A stretch of DNA of 55,638 nt, the filler included, from Sphacelaria rigidula (Eukaryota): the NCBI GenBank assembly GCA_964200075.2. It is 5 parts of 5 records of this genome, joined end to end, with 100 filler letters (N's around TTAATTAATTAA, not from the genome) between each part and the next. Parts side by side here need not be neighbours in the genome. Positions count along the whole stretch, not along the records: positions 44,592 to 55,638 come from CAXNAA020005479.1; 4 more parts are not named here. One strand, written 5' to 3'. The notes below the pieces were generated by a model. It saw only the letters and a program-made list of their open reading frames with translations, was not told the origin of the DNA and did not search any database. Shown one piece after another: positions 49,153 through 55,638 of this stretch. Position 1 is the stretch's first letter, and each line of letters begins with the position of its first letter. Both the position numbers and the translations under genes were made by a program.

Positions 49153-49251
49153 CTTGAGAGGTAGAGCAACCTCGTCGAACCACTTCGGCAGCATCTCCTC
49201 TGACTCTCCGGCCTCCCCGCTATATCGCAAGGCCTCGTACACAAACACCCT
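49153..49251 (-). CDS. NUDT1: NUDT1/MTH1-like, internal exon (99 bp, phase 0/0)
   Basis: ggcag|RVFVYEALRYSGEAGESEEMLPKWFDEVALPLK|gtaact; matches MTH1 G.P.ES.EM.P.WF....P. Confidence 0.9.
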
Positions 49252-51325
49252 CTGCCAACGACACGGATCGGGGTAGACATTGAGTGTGTAAACCGAATAC
49301 ACGATTTTGAGAGCATGGAGGTCTCTGGGTGGGGACCCCTGGAATTATGTGATGACTTCACGGCCTGACTATCGGCCGCAACGCCACATTACACGAATCA
49401 GGGGTCAGGGACCACGGAATACACGGTTTGTCCTTCATCGGGGGGGTGCGAGCCTACAGAGAATCTGCTCAGCTGTACCGTCGTGGTTACGAGCATTGAG
49501 GGACATTTAAGGGCAGCCTGTTATGCTGTTCTCAGGTGCCCTCTCAGACTAAGAGTTAGGGTTAGGGAGTGATTGTGACATGACATGAGCTGTGTGTTGA
49601 AGTAGGCTTGACGATGCGATTCTGGTAAGCCGTTTCGTCGGACCGTTTCGCGACAAACGCACGGATCTATTCTCTCAAGATCCTACAAACTGCAGCTCCG
49701 CGGAAGCTTATTAAAATCAACAACCGTGAGGGGTGATTTCGACGGCTTCGAGCGGAGACCCCTTCTTTCTGGACCAGTAGAACAAAAAATCAAAGGTACA
49801 TATTTTGGGCCTTCGGCAGCGTTTGCCGCCTCGGAATAACTTGTTCTATAGTCCAACAGGATTCCGGCACACTGTGGCAATCTTAGGTGTGTTCAGTTCG
49901 ACTTTGGGTTGAACTGATGGGAAAGTAGAAACCTTCCCGAAGCACTTCAGGAAGGTTTGTGCGGTTTTGTACGATTTTCTTTTCTTCATCCAGGGTAAAA
50001 TTGAGCACATCAAATATCGCTAAAGAGTGCAGGAATTCTCTCACACAGTGAACATGGTCATTCCAAGAAAACAGTTTCTACCCGGCCGTCTTTGACGAAA
50101 GAGACGCTGAAAATTTCCCCCGCAAGAACCGACCGAAATTCCCCAATTGTGGGATACCAGAGACGATGAGCACTGAACACTAGGGATGTGTACGGGCACG
50201 GGCAGATTTTTATCATGGAGTAATACGTGTTGAGTGTCGAAGATGGGTGAAGCCGACACATCAATGCATTAGCTAGTGTATTGTGGTGTCTTGGTACCGA
50301 TGTCAGGCACGTACCGCAGGCAAGAGCCGTGAGGGCTTCATCCCGAGAAAAGCTCCGCGCTCTCCCCCTGCTCGTCAGGGGGTCCCGCGAGAGGGAAGAA
50401 AAATACGTGTCGCGGCTTCCTCTCTTCAAAACTGAGTATACTCTTGACCGCTCTACGTGTAGGGCAGCATTTTATGCGCATGAAGTTCCACTTTCCTGAA
50501 TACATGTGGGGGCGATATTGTTGCAAGGCGAAGGTGATGCATTGGGAGATGCAAAATGGGAAAAAATACCGTGGACATGGGGTGCACTGCTGACATGTCT
50601 GTGGGCAGCAGCGCGCGCGAATCACACTACAGCAAACAAGAAAAATAACACGAAACTTGAGTGGAAAATTACCGTAGCATGTCTGATGGATAGATGACTA
50701 TTATATAACATGCATAGCAACTGTATCAGCATATTGGTCGTACTGCTGATCAATTCCAATATATTGCCACGTACAGGCATTAACCGATAAGTCCAGCATT
50801 GGTCCAGATACACAGCCCATGGCCCAATGCGTCTGGAGCTAGATCGCGATGGTAAGACGGCCGAGTGTCGCCGCAGGTATTGTCCGAAGTAAAAATAATC
50901 CGTGAGGCGACAAAAAAAATTAGAAGAAGATTGCAGTGCAAATTGTAGGCAGAGAGAAATCGCGGGAGACCACATTGCTTGACGGCATACTACCTCACCC
51001 GGGGCTTTTGTTGTGACACTATCAGCCCTTCCCTTCCTCAGGACGAGGCCGTGGTCGCAGGGAATAAAGCGATCTCTACCTTACAAATGTGGTATCGACG
51101 CGGATGCCTGAATGATGTAAGAAGTGTAACGAGGGAGAGATAGGGGATCAGCACTTCCGCGCCGCGTCGACTGTCGTCCAACAAACTTACCTGTAGTCAA
51201 ATACAGTCTTGATGTTTTTTACGACAGAAATAATATGCTGCAGAAAAATCCAGACTAAGTGCATCTGGAGGGGAACAAATCCACGTTCTTTCCGACTGAA
51301 CAGTGTCAATTGTAATATAGCATTA

Positions 51326-51410
51326 TACCGCCGTGGCGTGGCGGTTGGTATGCCTTAGTATATCTTACAACCGGTCAGGGCGGGGTAAAGGGTTCGTATC
51401 CCAGCAAATA
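51326..51410 (+). mobile_element. tRNA-derived SINE-like head
   Basis: gtggcgtggcggttggta (A-box-like) ... gggttcgtatccc (B box); shares gtcagggc..aagggtt with 46735-46810. Confidence 0.45.
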
Positions 51411-52207
51411 GGCTTTTTCTTTTTCTGAGGAGTGATGGATTCTGCGGAATATCTTATTTTCGTCGTTGAAAACGCGTGGAAGTGATTAGCAGAAAAAAAG
51501 TCGACACGTTCCGGGAGTACTGATCCGATCGGCGATCACAAAATGACAGACATGCACCGGGGGAGAGGTGGCTTAATCCTTGGGACTAGGGACTCGTCCA
51601 GAGGAAGCGATGGAATTGGAAGTATGATGGGGAGAGCGAAAAAAAAGAGCAGACCGACGACCTGACCGCCTTCCGAAGCGAAAGGAACGCAGAATACCAA
51701 TTAATTGGAAATACTAAACATTAACAAGAGAGACATCCCTTTTGTCGGGAAGGTCGGGTCAAGAATGTTCGGGAGCTCCTGCACTGCGCGATTTCTTACA
51801 CTTCACTATTAATATCACCGCCTTGAAGCACAACCGGAACGCATGTATAGGTTATAGCTAGAGTGGGACAGCTACAGCACGATTAACCCTTCTGCTACTG
51901 GCAATGGAAAAGTGCTGATTTCGAGGTGCTGTTTTTAACAACATATTGTTGATTATTTGCAGTTTCCAAGGACCACTATTTTGCCCAACGCGTGTTTTTC
52001 AGACCCGCGACCGCTTCAAACTGGCGGTGAATCGCGTAAATGCTGTATCGCACCTCAATCCTTCCACGGTGGTGAGGGGATTCCTGTGTGCTCGGCCATA
52101 CTACTTTGTTTCTGTGATGTGGCTTGGCACGCTTGCCAAGTGTTGGGGCGGGTACGGCCTCCGGACTGCAGCACAACAATACTCCGGTGGGATGTGTCAC
52201 CGATAAA

Positions 52208-52650
52208 TGCGTGCCGCCGTGCCACACGGGACTGAATATATAGAAAATATACAGGTGGTGCTGATATTTGTTGTATGGAATTCAGAGGCCGCGGTGCTTG
52301 TTTTTGCTGTGTGCACTAAGTTGAACATGCTTGACCCGTTACGTCCCCTCATTCGATAAAACTACGGGGGCGAGATTTTTGGTGCGAGCATGTCGTATGT
52401 CGGTGGACTCTTCTGTGGCCTTCCCCCGTAAAATGGTTGTTGTCGTTTTTTTTATTTCTCCACACTGTCTTTCCCTTGTCCAACAAAAATAAAATTCAAT
52501 CAACCATCCAACCATCCAACCATCCATCCTCAAAAAATCTTGAATTAATTGATTAATTTATCATTATTATTATTGTATATTCTATTTTCTTCTTTGTCAG
52601 CGCTTGACATAATGAGGCGTCTGGACAGGGGACGGGAGGGGAGGGTTCCA
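52208..52650. repeat. Dispersed repeat, copy 2 (with an insertion of about 120 bp)
   Basis: Collinear with 35950-36280. A TTAA-CCCTT end at 51887 may belong to the same element. Confidence 0.8.
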
Positions 52651-52719
52651 TCTCAATCTCAGGACTCATCCCTCTCTTGCCGCACTCCACCCACCAATGC
52701 GGAGGAGGAAGACACTCAC

Positions 52720-52862
52720 CATAGTCGAAGGATATGATGGTACGTTGAAAGTAAGAATCCCTTGCAGCGCAAGCTCGTGCGCCGTAACGAAGGATTCTTC
52801 CACGAGTTCTCGCTTCGCCGCATCCTCGATTGTTTCCCCTTCTTCCACCTTACCGCCGAAGC
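52720..52862 (-). CDS. NUDT1: NUDT1/MTH1-like, Nudix-box exon (143 bp); upstream exon(s) not found in the window
   Basis: atcag|(G)FGGKVEEGETIEDAAKRELVEESFV...PSTM|gtgagt; GX5EX7REUXEE Nudix box; splices in frame to 49251. Confidence 0.92.
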
Positions 52863-53229
52863 CTGATTAAGGCCAAAAACCAGGATGGTCGGAAATGTAC
52901 GTGTTCAATCTTCCTACTCACCACCGCATGATGCGCATGACGCAAAGGCAAAATATGAAGGAAACCGCAGTATACGGTCTAGTAAGTCAGCACGTGCGCG
53001 CCTGCTCCAGGAGATCCACCTTAACGGTGGTCATAGCGGGGACAAATCCTTGAGGGTGGAGGTTCTTGTGCCCGTCGATATACGTCGAAAAATAACTTGA
53101 TCATATCTTGGCCTCAAGCTATTTTTCCGAGGCTTCGACTACGTACACACATTGATGAAGCACGGGGTCCACACCATTACTAAAGTCAGCCCCTAAACCT
53201 GGCATTCAGGTGACTGATAACATTACACA

Positions 53230-55042
53230 CCCTGGACAATAGACGGCATCTATTGCGATAGCAATAGAATCTGCCGCAGTAGATGCCAATATTGTCGTCC
53301 GTGATGGCCATCGATCGGCAAGTTTGTCTTGCTATTGTGGTCTGCAATGTCCCTCGATAGACCAGTTTCCCACATTCTTGTCTGGGCAGCAGTCTGCTGT
53401 GGCCCTACACCGAAATCTATTGCGGTCGACCAAATGTATCGATCGATAGCTTTACAAATCTATTGATGACGACAATGGCTATCGATAGACCGCGTGCCAA
53501 ATCTATTGATGACGACGATGGCTATTGACAGTTTTTTTACCAAATCTATTGATGACGGCAATAGCTATTGATAGATTGCGTACAAAATCTATGCATGGCG
53601 GCAATGAATGTCGACAGATACAAACCAGAATCAACTGCGGTATATAATGCCTACCGAGAGATATTCTCTGTCGTCTATCGCCACACCTACATCGCAACAT
53701 ACTACACTTTCCGTTTAGAGAATATTATACTCCGTTGAGGGACGGTAGAGAAGCCGCAGGTGGACATGCAGTGGGTATATAATGACACTACTTGTGAATG
53801 TATGACGTCATCTTTCTACAACTTTGGAACGCTTGTATTTTGTAGGAATCCGCAATGTGTGCGGACAAAAGTTTACAACGTTTTTGTCAGTGTGGTGTTG
53901 GTACTTATGGTTGTCCTTCTGATGGACATGAGCGCTTACAGTACTCTTGTGTTTGGGTGAGATGTGCTTATACCCTGGACAATAGACTATGTAATAGAAC
54001 ATTGGCCCTGCAATAGCCACAACATTTTGACTGCCGATGTTCATTGTCAGTCTTAATCGACTGGCATCAATGTCTATCGATAGCTTTTGTAGGCAAGAAT
54101 ATATTCGGGACAGGGGACGGAATGTATCATTGCCATGTTGATGGAGAGGCCAACTTGTCTATCGATATATTTCACTTGTTGCAATAGGCTCTGAATTGTG
54201 GCCACCAATGTCTCTTGCGAATCACGAAAGGATCTGCCACGCCGCCACCAATACATATTGTTGGTCACAACAGGATATCAATTGCGCCCACCAATGTCTA
54301 TTGAGAGTCACAATAGGTTCTGCATCGCGGCCACTAGTTTCTGTTGCTGACCACAAAAGTAGCTGAATGGCGTCGATCACTAGCGCTTTGTATGAACATT
54401 TTTCGATGTATTCTTCCACCTTATTCCACAGAAGCTATGGCCAGCTATCACCGCAGGTCGTTGCATGTTCATGTGTAAGGGATATCGCCGTTGATGCCAT
54501 AAGACCAGTGCAGTGAGCAAGCTATTTTTCATAACCTATCGTTGGCGTCACTGGCTATCGATAGGTGCTCCCGAGAACAATCGATTGCTGACGGCAATGT
54601 CCATTTCATAGACACAAAAAAATGCATTGTTGGCGGCAGAGGCTACCAATAGACGGCTCACCAATCTATTGATGACGGTAATGAGTATTGATAGATGACT
54701 CACCTAATCTATTGATGACGGCAATGAGTATTGATAGATGGCTCACCGAACCTTTTGATAACGGCAATGACGATCGATGGATGGCTCACCAAACCTTTTG
54801 ATTGCGGCAATGACTATCGATACATACATCCCCGAATCTATTGCGGTACACGATGTTCATCGATGGCGAGTGATCTTCATCTATGGTGATTACCATAGGC
54901 TATCGATTGACTGTTGCAACATCTCTTGTCCCTTGCAATACGTATCAGTAGATGTGTTTCATCATCTATTGTGTTGGGTAATATATATCGGTGGATTTTC
55001 CCCCGTGTCTATTGCTGAAGCAATGGACTATTACAGGCTGGG
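53230..55042. repeat. Degenerate arrays of an about 43-bp unit (aatctattgatgacggcaat...gatag); possibly CACTA/EnSpm-type subterminal repeats
   Basis: Clear tandem units at about 53457-53630 and 54663-54850; CCCTGG / CTGGG end-like motifs at 53230, 53386, 53973 and 55042. Confidence 0.6.
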
Positions 55043-55072
55043 CCAGCCTACAAGCGGATTTGTACTTAAGAG

Positions 55073-55328
55073 GCGAATTCGCAATTTTTTTTCTTGGAGT
55101 TGGAAAGTGAAATTTGGTATGGACAATCAAAAGGGCATGAAGGAGGGCTGTCTGTTAGGTCCCAACGTTTTTTTTTTCATGAGTTAAGGGCATTTCAAAA
55201 CTGATTATTGCCCTCAACTCATGAAAAAAAAAAACGTTGGGACCTCACAGACAGCCTTCCTTCATGCCCTTTTGATTGTCCATACCAAATTTCACTTTCC
55301 AACTCCAAGAAAAAAATTGTGAATTTAC
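55073..55328. mobile_element. Near-perfect 256-bp hairpin (MITE-like)
   Basis: About 120-bp arms (ttcttggagttggaaagtgaaatttggtatggacaatcaaaagggcatgaagga and its reverse complement) with a loop of about 15 nt. Confidence 0.8.
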
Positions 55329-55638
55329 GTTTGAAAAACCGGGCCGGCGGAATTTCGGAGCAGTATTTTGCAGGCGGTTTATAGGCCCACGTTTGGTGTG
55401 CGTGGGTTGAAACTTTGTGCGGGACCTCTCTAGGTCATGATGACATAAGAAAAACGGGTGAGGTTGGTTTTTATATTTATTTGTCACTGATTGAGGGCGT
55501 TCAAGTATGATAACGACCATTTTTTTATGAGAACGCCCCAACCTCTCATGAAAAAAAAATTGAAGGCCCTTTTTTTTTTTTTTTTTTTTTTTTACTTTTT
55601 TTTTTATTTTTTTTTTTTTTTTTTTTTTTTTATTAATA

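Noticed and set aside
53415-54850. CRISPR-like array
   Set aside because: Units are degenerate and directly tandem with only about 10 variable nt; no unique spacers, no cas genes, eukaryotic context
52863-55638. N-terminal exon(s) of NUDT1
   Set aside because: No LLG.KKRGFG.G.WN-like sequence found on the minus strand before the contig end
55569-55638. Poly-T tract as a retroposon tail or terminator
   Set aside because: At the contig end with no associated element body; may be low-quality sequence

Overview
Eukaryotic, repeat-dense DNA, most likely a brown alga or related stramenopile (inferred from long GT-AG introns and the TE repertoire). It is not one locus. Four identical 100-nt linkers (N44-TTAATTAATTAA-N44) join five contigs of 11048, 11048, 11048, 11047 and 11047 bp, i.e. 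a size-sorted concatenation. Contig 1 (1-11048) holds two decayed Ty1/copia elements in series, hit by MITEs. Contig 2 (11149-22196) holds a decayed minus-strand Ty3/gypsy chromovirus (PR-RT-RH-IN) whose integrase ends in a chromodomain followed by a second, Tudor-like domain. This is the most interesting coding signal. Contig 3 (22297-33344) has an RTE-type LINE fragment plus mariner-, piggyBac- and Harbinger-type MITEs and a tRNA-derived SINE. Contig 4 (33445-44491) is a MITE mosaic, including a hAT element with mirror-image piggyBac-type insertions at both ends. Contig 5 (44592-55638) carries the only recognisable host gene: three 3' exons of NUDT1/MTH1 on the minus strand with TE-filled introns. 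It also has a weak HDV-like ribozyme candidate at a probable LINE 5' end. All calls are by-eye; no searches were run.
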